Shown: positions 1-10,108 of the stretch, piece after piece | Position numbering within the stretch: the stretch's first letter is position 1 | Layout of the letters: each line of letters starts with the position of its first letter | Assembly (NCBI GenBank): GCA_965217585.1 | Contig: OZ244561.1 | Span: 6,592,001 to 6,656,000 of the forward strand | Direction: 5' to 3' | DNA: 64,000 nucleotides | DNA from: Candidatus Latescibacterota bacterium | GTDB lineage: Bacteria; Latescibacterota; UBA2968; UBA8231 | Program-made: the position numbers and the translations under genes | Notes under the pieces: model-generated | Told to the model about the DNA's origin: nothing | The model's input: only the letters and a program-made list of their open reading frames with translations | Databases searched by the model: none

Positions 1-1752
1 CGGCGCGACGAGGGCAATGGACTCTGGGGCCTCGTCGAGATCGACATCGGTCAGGTATTGGGCGGCGACGACCCCGGACCCTATCATCTCGACGTAGCGC
101 TGGCCAATGGCCGCACCCTCTAGCGCCATAGCCGGAGCCACCTCGCGGAATGAGGCAGCCGAGGCAATCAGCTTGCTGTACACCTCGGCGTCTTCGGGCT
201 CCAGCGCGGCGTGCGACAACACCTCCCCGAAGAGCCGGCGCAAAAAGTGATCCCAAGGGTCGGCCGCGCCGCCGCGATACGCCTCAATCCAAGCGCGTAG
301 AGCCTCGTAGCGGGTGAGCGCAGCCCGGCCTATCCGCTCGCCCATAGCGGCATTCAACGCGCGCGCGGGTATGAGCTGGCCCGAGCGCGGGTCGTACAAG
401 TGCCGCGCCATCAGCTCGGCCCGCAGCCGGTCGAGGGGTTTGAGCGCCCGCTCTAACGCCCCGGACAAATCGAAGAGCGAGAGCCGCTGTCCCCAATTGG
501 GATGGGCGAGAATGGCCAGCGCCAGACAGGCGCGCACCACCGGCTCTTCGCGCAGCGTCTCATAGCGTCGCACGATCGCAAAGGGGATGTCGGCGGCGCG
601 AAAGGTCTCAGACAGGAGGAAGCGCAACACCCCGTCGGCGTGCGGAGCCACGACCGCGATTTCGCCCGGGGCTATCCCCTCGGCTATTTTCTGGACGATC
701 CGCTGGGCTACGGCCTCGATCATCTGCCCTCGGTAGCGGGCCTGCACTACATCCGCCACCGCCAGCCGAGGCGACCCTCCCGAGGCTCCGTGGGTTGCCT
801 GACCCAACTGCGCGCCCATGCGGTCGGCAAAGGCCACCATGTTCCGGGTGGCACACGCCTCCGGTGCCACAGAGATCGCCTCCGCGCACCGCTGCTGTAG
901 CTCCGTGGCACCAGGCGCATCAACGCCTAAAAAGATGCGAAAACCAGCTTGCGCGTCCCCGCCCAACAGGGCTGAGTCGCACCTCGGCAAGAGTCGCTTC
1001 ACCAGATCGCCGGCCACTGGCACCAGTTCCTCGGCTGAGTCCACTAAGAGGTGGCGATAGCGCTCGGTGAAGTAGCGCCAGAATTCCTCTTGCGCGATTA
1101 GGTGGCGGTTGCAGACCTCAAAGACCAGCGACGCGTCGAGCAACCCGTGCCGCAGGCAGTGGCTACGGTAGCGTTCGATGCACGTCTGCACCTGCTCGTA
1201 CACGCGCAGCCGCTGCTCTTCCCCAGCCCAAGCGCGACTCAGACGCGGTGCCACTTCCGCGAGCGCGAAATCGGCTACGGCCGCCTTGTTCAAATTGTCG
1301 AGTAATTGGGAGAGAATGCGCTGGGGCCGCAGGTACAAGCCCTCGAAATAGCCCTCGGCGAGCAGCGGCTCGACCACCTGCCCCATCAGATATTGGGCGG
1401 CCTCGTAGTTGAGGAAAACCGGCGGCCGCGCTGGTGCAGTAAAGCCGGCCTTGCTAGCCACCAGCGGCCAAAACAGCCGCACCAATCGACTCGCCAGCCC
1501 GTAGTACGTCTGTAGATCGACGGTGCTGTACGGACCCAAGTCGAGCCGATCTACTGCTTGGCGAAAGCGCCGCGCGGTTGCCCGGTCGGGCAGCAATACC
1601 AAGATCGCGTACCCGGGCACCCCTGCTGCGAGCAAAACCCGCAGCCGCTCGATCAGGGCCTGCCGCTGCCCCGCTACGAGCGGCCCGGCGAGAAAGCAAG
1701 AATGCCGCTCAAATAGGGGGGCGTGCACCGCCCTAGTGAATTCTGGAACCAT
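1..1752 (-). CDS. UvrD/SF1 helicase-like protein with degenerate Walker A (runs off left edge)
   Basis: Not in the ORF track because it has no stop inside the window. Hand translation from ATG 1752 gives MVPEFTRAVHAPLFERHSCFLAGPLVAGQRQALIERLRVLLAAGVPGYAILVLLPDR...TYYGLASRLVRLFWPLVA, and the same frame is open near position 1 (EMIGSGVVAAQYL). The whole frame was not checked codon by codon. Confidence 0.6.
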   Translation of the reverse strand, partial: MVPEFTRAVHAPLFERHSCFLAGPLVAGQRQALIERLRVLLAAGVPGYAILVLLPDRATARRFRQAVDRLDLGPYSTVDLQTYYGLASRLVRLFWPLVASKAGFTAPARPPVFLNYEAAQYLMGQVVEPLLAEGYFEGLYLRPQRILSQLLDNLNKAAVADFALAEVAPRLSRAWAGEEQRLRVYEQVQTCIERYRSHCLRHGLLDASLVFEVCNRHLIAQEEFWRYFTERYRHLLVDSAEELVPVAGDLVKRLLPRCDSALLGGDAQAGFRIFLGVDAPGATELQQRCAEAISVAPEACATRNMVAFADRMGAQLGQATHGASGGSPRLAVADVVQARYRGQMIEAVAQRIVQKIAEGIAPGEIAVVAPHADGVLRFLLSETFRAADIPFAIVRRYETLREEPVVRACLALAILAHPNWGQRLSLFDLSGALERALKPLDRLRAELMARHLYDPRSGQLIPARALNAAMGERIGRAALTRYEALRAWIEAYRGGAADPWDHFLRRLFGEVLSHAALEPEDAEVYSKLIASAASFREVAPAMALEGAAIGQRYVEMIGSGVVAAQYLTDVDLDEAPESIALVAP

Positions 1753-1768
1753 GATTTTTGCGCTGCGC

Positions 1769-2269
1769 TCAGCCCGGGGGTGGGTTGCGCGTGAAAATAT
1801 CGACGACCTCGGCCGCATCAGCCGCTTGCAGCAAGCTCTGGCGCACTTCCTCTTGCTGCAAGCGCTGCGACAGAGCCGCCAGCAGCGCCATGTGCTGTTT
1901 TTGGTGTTTCTGGGGCGTGACCAACAGTGCGATGATGTGGACGGGCTGGCCGTCAATCACGTCAAAGTCAATGCCGACCTGCGAGATGCCGATGGCTAAG
2001 AGCTGGCGCTGGATCCCGTCCTCGTGTGCGTGGGGTACGGCTACGCCCTTGCCAATGCCCGTGGAGGCCTGTTGCTCGCGCCGAATCAAGGCCGCGAGCA
2101 AGCGCTTCTGGTCGGGCACGACCTCGTCTTGCCACAGCACGGTGGCCAATTCGCGGATGGCATCGAAGTTGCGCTGCGCCGTGAGGTTCAGAACGACCTT
2201 ATTCGGATCGAGTATGCGTCTTAATTTTTCCATAGCGACCCTCAGCGGCGTTAAAGGGGAAGCAGCCAC
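1769..2269 (-). CDS. PTS EIIA (PtsN/fructose-type) domain protein
   Basis: REQQASTGIGKGVAVPHAH phospho-His motif and GIDFDVIDGQPVHII; start may be ATG 2233. Confidence 0.85.
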   Translation of the reverse strand: MAASPLTPLRVAMEKLRRILDPNKVVLNLTAQRNFDAIRELATVLWQDEVVPDQKRLLAALIRREQQASTGIGKGVAVPHAHEDGIQRQLLAIGISQVGIDFDVIDGQPVHIIALLVTPQKHQKQHMALLAALSQRLQQEEVRQSLLQAADAAEVVDIFTRNPPPG

Positions 2270-2284
2270 AGCTTATATACCCGA

Positions 2285-4129
2285 TCAAGGCCCCCGCTGC
2301 AACTCGCCTGCTTTTTGGTTCCAGCGACGCGCTTCGTCATAGCGACCCTGTTCTCGCTCGATACGCGCCATCAAGCGATAGGGCATAGGCTGCCAAGGGT
2401 CGATGGCCGCCGCGGCTGCCGCATGCTCCATAGCGCGATCCAACTCGCCAACTTCAAACAACTTAAGCGCCACGTTAAAGCGCGTGGTGCGCGAGTCGAA
2501 AGCGAGGGTCGCCGCCTGCGAGTATGCGGCTGTGGCCCCGGCTCGATCCCCAGCCCACAGGCGCTCCTCGCCGGCCATAAAATAATAATTGCTCTGGATC
2601 TTCCGCACCCACGGGTCGCGGAAAAAGCCCGTGGCCAACGCGTTGCCCATCTCGATCTGCGGGGCCAGCCCAGTGCGGTCGTCGGGTGCTTGCAGGCGAT
2701 AGACCAAGCCCGCAGGCACAAACACCCACTCCGCCAGCGGCGAGCGGCGTGGGACCAAATAAAAAAGGGGCTGCCCGCCTCGGGCCAATGCGGCCTCGCG
2801 ACGCCAGCGCAGACGCTCCCGCCTTAGCGGCGGCAGCGCGTGCTCGCTCCAGCCGAGCACATCCGTCCCCCGTCCCATGCGATTGTACAGGGTTACATCC
2901 GGGCGCAAGCCCTCTATCCGCAACAGGTAGTCGAGCACAAAGGCCGCATCGTCCCCCTCGGTAATCAGGATCGCGCCCTCGGGCAAGTCGGCGAGAATGT
3001 CGCGCCCATAGCGGTCGGCGACCCAATTTCCGCTGCGGTCGGATTCCTCGTAGTGCGCGGTTAGCACCAAGGCAACCACGAGCGCGGCGACTGGAATCGA
3101 GACGGCCGGCCGCACCCGGCTGGCCAACGCGTCCAACCCCATGCCCAACCACACCGCCAATCCCACTATGCTGAGCAGGTAAAACACCGGTAGGCCATTG
3201 GGGTCGCGGTGGTAGTTGAGCGCGGCGATTAAATTGCAGGCGATTGCCCCCCCAACCAAGACAAATGCACTGCGATCGCGACGCCAAGCCACCCACCCCC
3301 CCCAAGCGACCAACGGCACTAATGTGAAGTGGAACTCGCCTGCGGCCTGCGCCAGCCAGCGCTGGGTGTTGAGCAGCATACCTTCTAAGGGCAACGAAAA
3401 AAACGACGAGCGATACAGCGCACCGCTCAAGTGCTGCCACAGGGCCGCTAGGTCGTCGAGTGGCCCCCAGTGAAACCCCGTGCCCCGGCCATTGCGCAGC
3501 GGCAGGTACGCCACCAAGCTGTACCCCCCCAGCGCAGCGAGCATCCCCTGCGCCAGCAACAAGGGCCGCCGCCAAAGCGCGGGCCAGCGCCAAGCCAAGA
3601 CCGCGACCACGCCCGGCCAGACGAGTACCTGCATTAAGTGAGCCGTGAGCCCCAAGCCCATCAGCCAGCCCAAGAGGAGCACTTGGCGCGGCTCCTTGCT
3701 CTCACACGTTCTAAGGGTTTGGGCCAGAACCAAGACCACCAGCAATAAAGCCAAGCCATAGACTTCGGCGATGACGGCCTGGGACCAAAAGGTGCGCGAA
3801 AACGCCAACGCTAAGGCCGCGGCCAAAGCCACCACGGGCCGCACCCCGCGCCCATAGAGCAAGCCTGCCAAGGCCCAGCAACAGGCAGCGGCAAACAGAG
3901 CCGACGCGGCATTGATCGCTAGGGCCGGACTAACCCACGGCAGCGCCAGCGCGAGCAAGCGGCTGCTGAGGCAGAACAGGGGATATCCGGTCGGATGCGC
4001 CGTCCCCAACCCGTAGGCCGCGCCGATCAGCTCGCCGCTCCCCTCTACGTACACGGTCGGACACAGCGTCGTCCCATAGACCACGAGCGCGGCAACCCCT
4101 GCGACCAGCCCGATGCTCCTGGCCGTCAC
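2285..4129 (-). CDS. DUF2723/TMEM260-like GT-C membrane glycosyltransferase with C-terminal TPR
   Basis: TLCPTVYVEGSGELIGAAYGLGTAHPTGYPLF and FWSQAVIAEVY motifs, many TM segments; GTG 4129 overlaps the upstream stop (GTGA). Confidence 0.8.
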   Translation of the reverse strand: MTARSIGLVAGVAALVVYGTTLCPTVYVEGSGELIGAAYGLGTAHPTGYPLFCLSSRLLALALPWVSPALAINAASALFAAACCWALAGLLYGRGVRPVVALAAALALAFSRTFWSQAVIAEVYGLALLLVVLVLAQTLRTCESKEPRQVLLLGWLMGLGLTAHLMQVLVWPGVVAVLAWRWPALWRRPLLLAQGMLAALGGYSLVAYLPLRNGRGTGFHWGPLDDLAALWQHLSGALYRSSFFSLPLEGMLLNTQRWLAQAAGEFHFTLVPLVAWGGWVAWRRDRSAFVLVGGAIACNLIAALNYHRDPNGLPVFYLLSIVGLAVWLGMGLDALASRVRPAVSIPVAALVVALVLTAHYEESDRSGNWVADRYGRDILADLPEGAILITEGDDAAFVLDYLLRIEGLRPDVTLYNRMGRGTDVLGWSEHALPPLRRERLRWRREAALARGGQPLFYLVPRRSPLAEWVFVPAGLVYRLQAPDDRTGLAPQIEMGNALATGFFRDPWVRKIQSNYYFMAGEERLWAGDRAGATAAYSQAATLAFDSRTTRFNVALKLFEVGELDRAMEHAAAAAAIDPWQPMPYRLMARIEREQGRYDEARRWNQKAGELQRGP

Positions 4130-6486
4130 GACCCCAACCCCAACCTCAGGCGTTCGAGCCACCCGCTCCACAAAGGCCCTTGCGTGGCTATTGCGTGGAG
4201 CACGAAAACCAAGGCCCCTAGCACGGCCAGGACCTTCAACTGCGCCCCCGCATCTGCCGGCATATTCTCCACCGGCGGCAAGATCAGCCGCCGGCCACCC
4301 CAAGCCAACCCCAGCCAGAGCGCGGCCGCGGCCACGCTGACTAGCAAGCCATAGCGGAAGCTATCCGGCTCGTACGAAAAGACGACCTCGCGTGCCCCGG
4401 CTGGGACCACTACGGCGCGGAACACGTGATTGGCGCGGAGGATCGGGTGCTCGACCCCATCGACAAAGGCCCGCCAGCCCGGATAGTGGGTATCGCTCAA
4501 GACCAAAATTCCCCCAGCCGAGTCGGTGAGGTCCACGGCGACTTCTTCGTCCTCGTAGCGGACGATCTGTGCCGCGCCGCCCAGGCCAATCGAGGCGGCC
4601 GGCGCTTCCTCCAAGACGACTTCGCTCCGCATGGGAAACCCGCGTGCCATATAAGTCAGCCCGGCCCGCGGACTAGTGGCGAGGTGGAATTGGCCCACCA
4701 CGTACGCGCGGGGCAAGGCCGCAGGCAGACGCTGCACATCAATGTCCCCGACGCGGCTGTAGCGCACCGCGTATTCCACGCCAGCTAAGGCGGCAAACGC
4801 CGGATAGCCGCGGGCGAATTCTCCGTGGCGATACAGGTGTAGCGGACTCCATCCCGGCAGCGCGTTGGCTATCCCATACAGCCCCCCCGCATACATCCGC
4901 AAGGTCTCGTTATAACGCCGATAGGACTCCAAGTCATAGGCCCATCCCCCGTGCCAATCAAAGGGCGAGTTCCGCTCGGAGACCAAGCTGACGATTCGCG
5001 GCGGCGCAGCAGCCGTGTGGTCGGCCAAAACCTCGCGGGCCGTCTCTGGGGTCTCGGTGTACGCAGCCGGTTCTATGGTGCCGTTAAAATCCGCGCCAAA
5101 GCTGTACAGTTCGGCAAAAATGACCACGGGCGCAGCCCACGCTGCGGCTCGCCGCGCCCGCCGGCCGAGCAGCCACGCGCCGATCGCCAATGCCCCTACG
5201 AGCCGCAAGCCGTCGCCGCGCAAGTGGTGGATGTAGCGCGATTCTGAGCCGTCGGCAAAGAGCGCGACTTCGCTGGCCCACAGCAGGCCCGCACTGGCCA
5301 CGCCGAGGATTGCAGCCAACAGCCAGCCATTCGCGGGCCGGTGCCGCTGGCGGCGCAACACTTGGTCGAGGCCGAGGCCGCAGAGCACGGATGCCCCCAC
5401 GGCAAACCACAACAAAAAGCGCGTCGGGATGCGGAACAGGCTAAACCCCGGAATTTCATAAAAAAAGGAAAAGATGGCCGTGTATTTGCCCAGCGCGAGC
5501 ACCAACCCGGCGAGGGCGAGGACGACGAAAAAACCGACTTGGCCATCCCGCCGCTCGCGCAGGGCCGCCCAAGCCAACAACAGGGGCACCACGCCGACGT
5601 AGGCGCAGAGCTGGATGAAGAAGCCCACCTCCCGGCTCCCGTACGTGCCGTGGGCCGAATTGCCGAAGAAATTGGGCCACAACAAGCTCACTAGCCGCTC
5701 GGGCGGCAGCGACATCGCCACAAAGCTGGTCCACGACAAGCCGGCCCCGCGATTGGATAGCTGCACTAATTCGGCGGTAGGTACGAGCTGGACAGCGGCT
5801 AGGACCGCACCCAGCACGAGTGCGCCAGCCAGCGCCGGCCAAGCGATCCACCCCGCGCCCTGAACCCAACTCCGATAGAGCCAGTAGCCCGCGACTGCGA
5901 CGGCTCCGTACAGGGCGGCTTGGGGGTGGCCAGCCAGCAGTTGCAAGCCAATCGCCAAGGCAAAGAGCAGCACATAAAAAAAGTGCCCCCGGTTCAGGAT
6001 GCGATCGACGAGCCAAAACAGCAGCGGCAACCAAGCACATACGTCGATGAAGTTGGGCGACATGGCCCGCACGACCATGTAGCCGCTCAGGGCGTAGCAA
6101 AGCCCGGCGCACAGCGCGGCCGGCCGCACCGCGCCAAAAGCGCGCACCAGCGCGTACATGCCCGCGCCGGCCAACCACAGGTGCAAGACAATGTTCCAGT
6201 TCAGCGCGGCCCAAGTGGGCAGGAGCAACGCCAAAATCACATTGGGCGGATACAGCGGCCCGGCTTGGCCTTCGGCAAACAAGGGGAAGCCGCAGTTGAT
6301 GGCCGCATTCCACAGCGGCAATTGGCCCTCGCGGAGGGCGCGGGCGAAAAACTCGCGGAACGGGTGGTTTTGCACCATCACGTCCTGCACGAAAAATGCC
6401 CCCTCTAGCACCGCGGCCGGCCAGAAGAAAATGGCGACCGCCGCCCCTATCAGCCCCACAGCACCGAGATCTTTGCGCCACTCCAC
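4126..6486 (-). CDS. YfhO-family membrane protein (GT-C fold)
   Basis: GQLPLWN...GFPLFAE N-terminus, LLAGHPQ, C-terminal LVLSDTHYPGWRAFVDG...RANHVFRAV. Confidence 0.85.
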   Translation of the reverse strand: MEWRKDLGAVGLIGAAVAIFFWPAAVLEGAFFVQDVMVQNHPFREFFARALREGQLPLWNAAINCGFPLFAEGQAGPLYPPNVILALLLPTWAALNWNIVLHLWLAGAGMYALVRAFGAVRPAALCAGLCYALSGYMVVRAMSPNFIDVCAWLPLLFWLVDRILNRGHFFYVLLFALAIGLQLLAGHPQAALYGAVAVAGYWLYRSWVQGAGWIAWPALAGALVLGAVLAAVQLVPTAELVQLSNRGAGLSWTSFVAMSLPPERLVSLLWPNFFGNSAHGTYGSREVGFFIQLCAYVGVVPLLLAWAALRERRDGQVGFFVVLALAGLVLALGKYTAIFSFFYEIPGFSLFRIPTRFLLWFAVGASVLCGLGLDQVLRRQRHRPANGWLLAAILGVASAGLLWASEVALFADGSESRYIHHLRGDGLRLVGALAIGAWLLGRRARRAAAWAAPVVIFAELYSFGADFNGTIEPAAYTETPETAREVLADHTAAAPPRIVSLVSERNSPFDWHGGWAYDLESYRRYNETLRMYAGGLYGIANALPGWSPLHLYRHGEFARGYPAFAALAGVEYAVRYSRVGDIDVQRLPAALPRAYVVGQFHLATSPRAGLTYMARGFPMRSEVVLEEAPAASIGLGGAAQIVRYEDEEVAVDLTDSAGGILVLSDTHYPGWRAFVDGVEHPILRANHVFRAVVVPAGAREVVFSYEPDSFRYGLLVSVAAAALWLGLAWGGRRLILPPVENMPADAGAQLKVLAVLGALVFVLHAIATQGPLWSGWLERLRLGLGS

Positions 6487-6489
6487 GAG

Positions 6490-7611
6490 CTAGGGCCTCC
6501 GCAGATGCGCGCAGAGCCGCTCGGCCGCCAAGGCGTGGCCGGCCGCGTTCCAGTGGCTATCGCGCCAATACAGGGTTTGGGTTTGGGCCTTTTTCCTGAA
6601 CTCGTCGAGCAAGTCGATCAGCACGAATCCATGCTGCTCGGCAAAACCGGCTAGCTCGGCATTGGGCTTGCGCAGGTCGAACTCGCCAATCAGGCCGTAC
6701 AGCTCGCGCTTGGTGCGCCAATTGTCCTCTTCTACCTGGACGATCGACGGCACGTACACGACGGTCAAGCGCGCGCCGCGTCGCTCGACGCTGCGCTTAA
6801 AGGCCGCGAGGATGCGGCCCGTCAGCTCCCAGGTCGGGGCAAAGCGCGCGTCCGCGCCGTACAGGCCCGAGTAAAAATCCTGCTGCTGCCCGCGCGGCAC
6901 CTCCGGCTGCCACGCCTTTTGCACCAGCCGGTACAAATGCCAGTGCTGCGAGAAATAGCGCTGCAACCGCACCGCGAGGGGCAACGAGTCTGCGGACTGT
7001 CGCCAAAAGCCCGATTCCTTTACCGGGACGCCCGCGAGTGCGAGCCGCCCATTGACCCGCACCCGGAAGTAGGGCTTGAAGCCCCGCTCGGCACCAATGC
7101 CCCGACGCGAAGCATTATTCCACAGGTCGTTGCCGTAAAAAAAGAGCACCACCTCATCGGCCTCAAAGCGCGGCCCTTGTTGTTCGAAAAACAGCAGCGC
7201 TTGGTCGGTGCCGTAACCAGCCACCCCGAAGTTGGCCACCTCCACCGCAGCCCCCTCTCGCCGGAGGCAGGTTTCGAGTTGACGGCTGACCACGGCCTCT
7301 ATGGGGACGCCCCACCCCTCGACAAACGAGTCTCCGAACAGGGCTACGCGGCGGATGCCCGCTTCCTTTGTGGCGGCGAACTCGCGGTCGCGCAAGCCGA
7401 TGCTATTGATCCGCATTTCCACATCGAATTCCGGAGTGACCAAGCGGCCGACGCGATTTGGGATGTGGCTCCAACCCAGCTCAGGGTCGTAGCGCCAGAC
7501 GGGGGGCCGGCGGAAGAGCTGCGGATGCAGGAAGCTCAACGCCAGTTCACACAGCGCGATTCCGAGGACTAAGCTGACCAGTGCGAGGGCAATCTTGGGC
7601 GCGTAGCGCAT
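6490..7611 (-). CDS. SGNH/GDSL hydrolase (AlgX/AlgJ-like acyltransferase or esterase)
   Basis: GDSF, NFGVAGYG, GND and DSHWN blocks; N-terminal TM anchor. Confidence 0.85.
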   Translation of the reverse strand: MRYAPKIALALVSLVLGIALCELALSFLHPQLFRRPPVWRYDPELGWSHIPNRVGRLVTPEFDVEMRINSIGLRDREFAATKEAGIRRVALFGDSFVEGWGVPIEAVVSRQLETCLRREGAAVEVANFGVAGYGTDQALLFFEQQGPRFEADEVVLFFYGNDLWNNASRRGIGAERGFKPYFRVRVNGRLALAGVPVKESGFWRQSADSLPLAVRLQRYFSQHWHLYRLVQKAWQPEVPRGQQQDFYSGLYGADARFAPTWELTGRILAAFKRSVERRGARLTVVYVPSIVQVEEDNWRTKRELYGLIGEFDLRKPNAELAGFAEQHGFVLIDLLDEFRKKAQTQTLYWRDSHWNAAGHALAAERLCAHLRRP

Positions 7612-7846
7612 TCTCTGTTTCGTCCATTCAATATTTATTGTGATCCCTCAAAATCCACACAACAGCGATTTGCTGTCAACCGCGACGCGCTTGGCCGGGA
7701 TACCGCGCCTTATCTATATTGCACCGGCACATGACGAGATGCTCACGAACCTCTTCAACAAGATCAAGGACAATACGAGCGCGGATATTACCGCCACCAG
7801 TATCGTAAACAACCCCGTAAACCGACACCCTAACCCAGAACTAATC

Positions 7847-8977
7847 ATGTCCGAACAAACCACGTACGATTTGCCTGATACCTGCTTGTTGCGGGCGCTG
7901 GATGACGCTCACGAGAAGGGGTTCCGGGATTTTCTGCGCCATAACAAGCATGACGAAAGATGCGAAGCACATCTCAAGCAGGCTGCTGATGCGATGATAA
8001 ATCTAGAAAAAGTAGTGACAGGGAAATTTGTTCCCGACTATTATGATTATGATGACTCGTATCTGGCTGCTGCATACCTAGTCAAATACCACTTGAAACA
8101 CTGCATCCTAGCGTCCTGGGCGTTTAAGAGCATCTTTGACCGAGTTGGTGTTCCGAATACGCTGTATGTTTGTGACGTGGGAGCGGGTACTGGGGCCGGT
8201 CGTGTAGGTTTAGCTCTTGCCCTGTCCAAGTATGGTAAACAACCCGAGATCTATTTTGACGCTCAGGAACCGGCAAAAGCAATGCGGTCCGCAGGTACTT
8301 TTTTCTGGCGAGCATTTCGATGTTCCGTGCCTGATTATTTTAATTATCGCCAATATCCTACTCCGAAAAATCCGCCCGAGCTTCCGGCTAATACGGTGCG
8401 TGTGGTTACGGCATTCTATTTGAGTCTGCCTTGGGATAACAACCAATGGTCCTCGTATTGGGAAGAAAGTGTAAAGCCTGCCAAGAATACCCTAGAAGAG
8501 GTATTTCGTATAGTTAGCCCTGATTTAGGGATTTTCACCATCCCTAATACAAAAAAGAAGGCTCTGTATAGAGTGGTAGACGATTCCTACGATTGGGATA
8601 AGGAATTCGGAACTGATATAGATATTCCCAAGGATCCTGATAATCCTCAGGATCCTGGCAGATCCCATTTTTATACTAACTGCGCAGTTGATTTTGGCTT
8701 TGAAGTACCTGAAGCGGAAGGAGACACAATTAAATCTGTTCGTCGCAGGAGCCGTTATCGATTCAGTTCGCCGAAATACAGCATGTTGTCCTATCGCGTT
8801 TCATCTCGTCGTGCAGAGTTGTTGAGGCAGGGGCGAAAAGAGGCTAAGAGCAAAGCTGCCGAGCAGGAAAGACTACAGGAGTGGAAAAAAGCTGAGGCCA
8901 AGCGCAAGATCGACGAGCAAGGCGAGAAAGCTGAACGCTATCGAAGAGCACTCCGCCTGTTAAAGCCGCTTTCCTAA
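7847..8977 (+). CDS. putative class I SAM-dependent methyltransferase (Rsm22-like), lower GC
   Basis: AAAYLVKY followed by VCDVGAGTGAG motif I; K/E-rich C-terminal coil; start uncertain (ORF open from 7640). Confidence 0.5.
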   Translation: MSEQTTYDLPDTCLLRALDDAHEKGFRDFLRHNKHDERCEAHLKQAADAMINLEKVVTGKFVPDYYDYDDSYLAAAYLVKYHLKHCILASWAFKSIFDRVGVPNTLYVCDVGAGTGAGRVGLALALSKYGKQPEIYFDAQEPAKAMRSAGTFFWRAFRCSVPDYFNYRQYPTPKNPPELPANTVRVVTAFYLSLPWDNNQWSSYWEESVKPAKNTLEEVFRIVSPDLGIFTIPNTKKKALYRVVDDSYDWDKEFGTDIDIPKDPDNPQDPGRSHFYTNCAVDFGFEVPEAEGDTIKSVRRRSRYRFSSPKYSMLSYRVSSRRAELLRQGRKEAKSKAAEQERLQEWKKAEAKRKIDEQGEKAERYRRALRLLKPLS

Positions 8978-8989
8978 GGAGGTTTTGCA

Positions 8990-9925
8990 ATGACAGATTC
9001 TATACAGCAAGACCTGTTTGATTCCCTTGATCCCGGTGTGTCGCAGGACGTTTCCGGCCCCGATAAAACCGGCAAGGCTGACGTGACGTATGTCCAGACG
9101 GGGCAGTTGCTGACGAAGCCGACCGGGTTTATGAACGCGTATGATTTTACGCTCAACCCGTATAGCGGCTGCTCATTTGGCTGTACCTATTGCTACGCGG
9201 CGTTTTTCAGCCGAGATGCCGAAAAGCGCGACACGTGGGGCTATTGGGTTGATGTAAAAGAAAATGCAATCGAGCTGATGGATAAGCGCCGGAAGTCGCT
9301 GGACGACAAGCTCATTTATATGAGTAGCGTCACCGATCCTTATCAGCCCATCGAGCGAGAGTTGGAACTCACTCGCCGCCTGCTGGAAATTATGGCCGAG
9401 CGGCACAAGCCCAAGTTAGTCGTCCAAACCCGCAGCCCACTGGTGGCACGGGATTGCGACCTGTTCCAGCGCATTGAGAATAACGGCGGACGGGTACAGG
9501 TCAATATGACGGTCACTACCGACGATGAGGACATCCGGCGGACTTTTGAGCCGTTCTGTCCGGGTAATCACCGCCGACTAGAGGCCATCAAGGAAGTACA
9601 GGCGGCCGACATTGATACCTGCATCACGATGACGCCCCTGCTGCTGGTCAATAACAACCGTGACTTTGCCGATGCCCTGATTGATACCGGAGTCGAGAAA
9701 TTCATCGCCCAGCCTTTTCACTTCCGGCAAGGGAAATTTCTGGCCGGCACGCGGGACGGGGCGTACGACCTGATGGCGCAGAAGCTGGGCTGCGGGCGCA
9801 GTGATTTTGAACATGAGTATCTGGAACGCTATCGGCAATTCTTCGGAGTGCTCGACAACAAACTGCGCGATCGCGGTTTGCCGCCTTTAGGTGAAGGAAA
9901 GGACGGGTTTGCGCCGCCGTTTTAG
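8990..9925 (+). CDS. radical SAM protein, SplB/Rv2578c-like family
   Basis: LNPYSGCSFGCTYCYA (CxxxCxxC), MSSVTDPYQPIE, QTRSPLVARD; RBS AGGAGG. Confidence 0.85.
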   Translation: MTDSIQQDLFDSLDPGVSQDVSGPDKTGKADVTYVQTGQLLTKPTGFMNAYDFTLNPYSGCSFGCTYCYAAFFSRDAEKRDTWGYWVDVKENAIELMDKRRKSLDDKLIYMSSVTDPYQPIERELELTRRLLEIMAERHKPKLVVQTRSPLVARDCDLFQRIENNGGRVQVNMTVTTDDEDIRRTFEPFCPGNHRRLEAIKEVQAADIDTCITMTPLLLVNNNRDFADALIDTGVEKFIAQPFHFRQGKFLAGTRDGAYDLMAQKLGCGRSDFEHEYLERYRQFFGVLDNKLRDRGLPPLGEGKDGFAPPF

Positions 9926-9972
9926 CCATCGACCTACCTCACCCCAATCTGGCCGATAAGGTACTCTATGAC

Positions 9973-10001
9973 TTGATGCATACGTCATTTTGACGTATGA
10001 T
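9973..10001 (+). promoter_or_regulatory. sigma70-like promoter with palindromic TA operator
   Basis: TTGATG-17bp-TATGAT; perfect inverted repeat CATACGTCA-TTT-TGACGTATG at 9979-9999. Confidence 0.7.
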
Positions 10002-10007
10002 TTAAGG

Positions 10008-10108
10008 ATGGAAAGAGTCCTATTTGACAAGGTGAGAAAAAATCTGAAATAGAAGGCGATGAGGTTAATTCTATTCAAGTTGAGGAGATCAATAAACATG
10101 ATTACTAA
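10008..10108 (+). pseudogene. RelE/HigB-like toxin remnant (internal deletion)
   Basis: MERVLFDKVRKNLK* joined out of frame to IEGDEVNSIQVEEINKHDY*; the EEINKHDY end overlapping an HTH antitoxin start is typical of such toxins. Confidence 0.65.
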
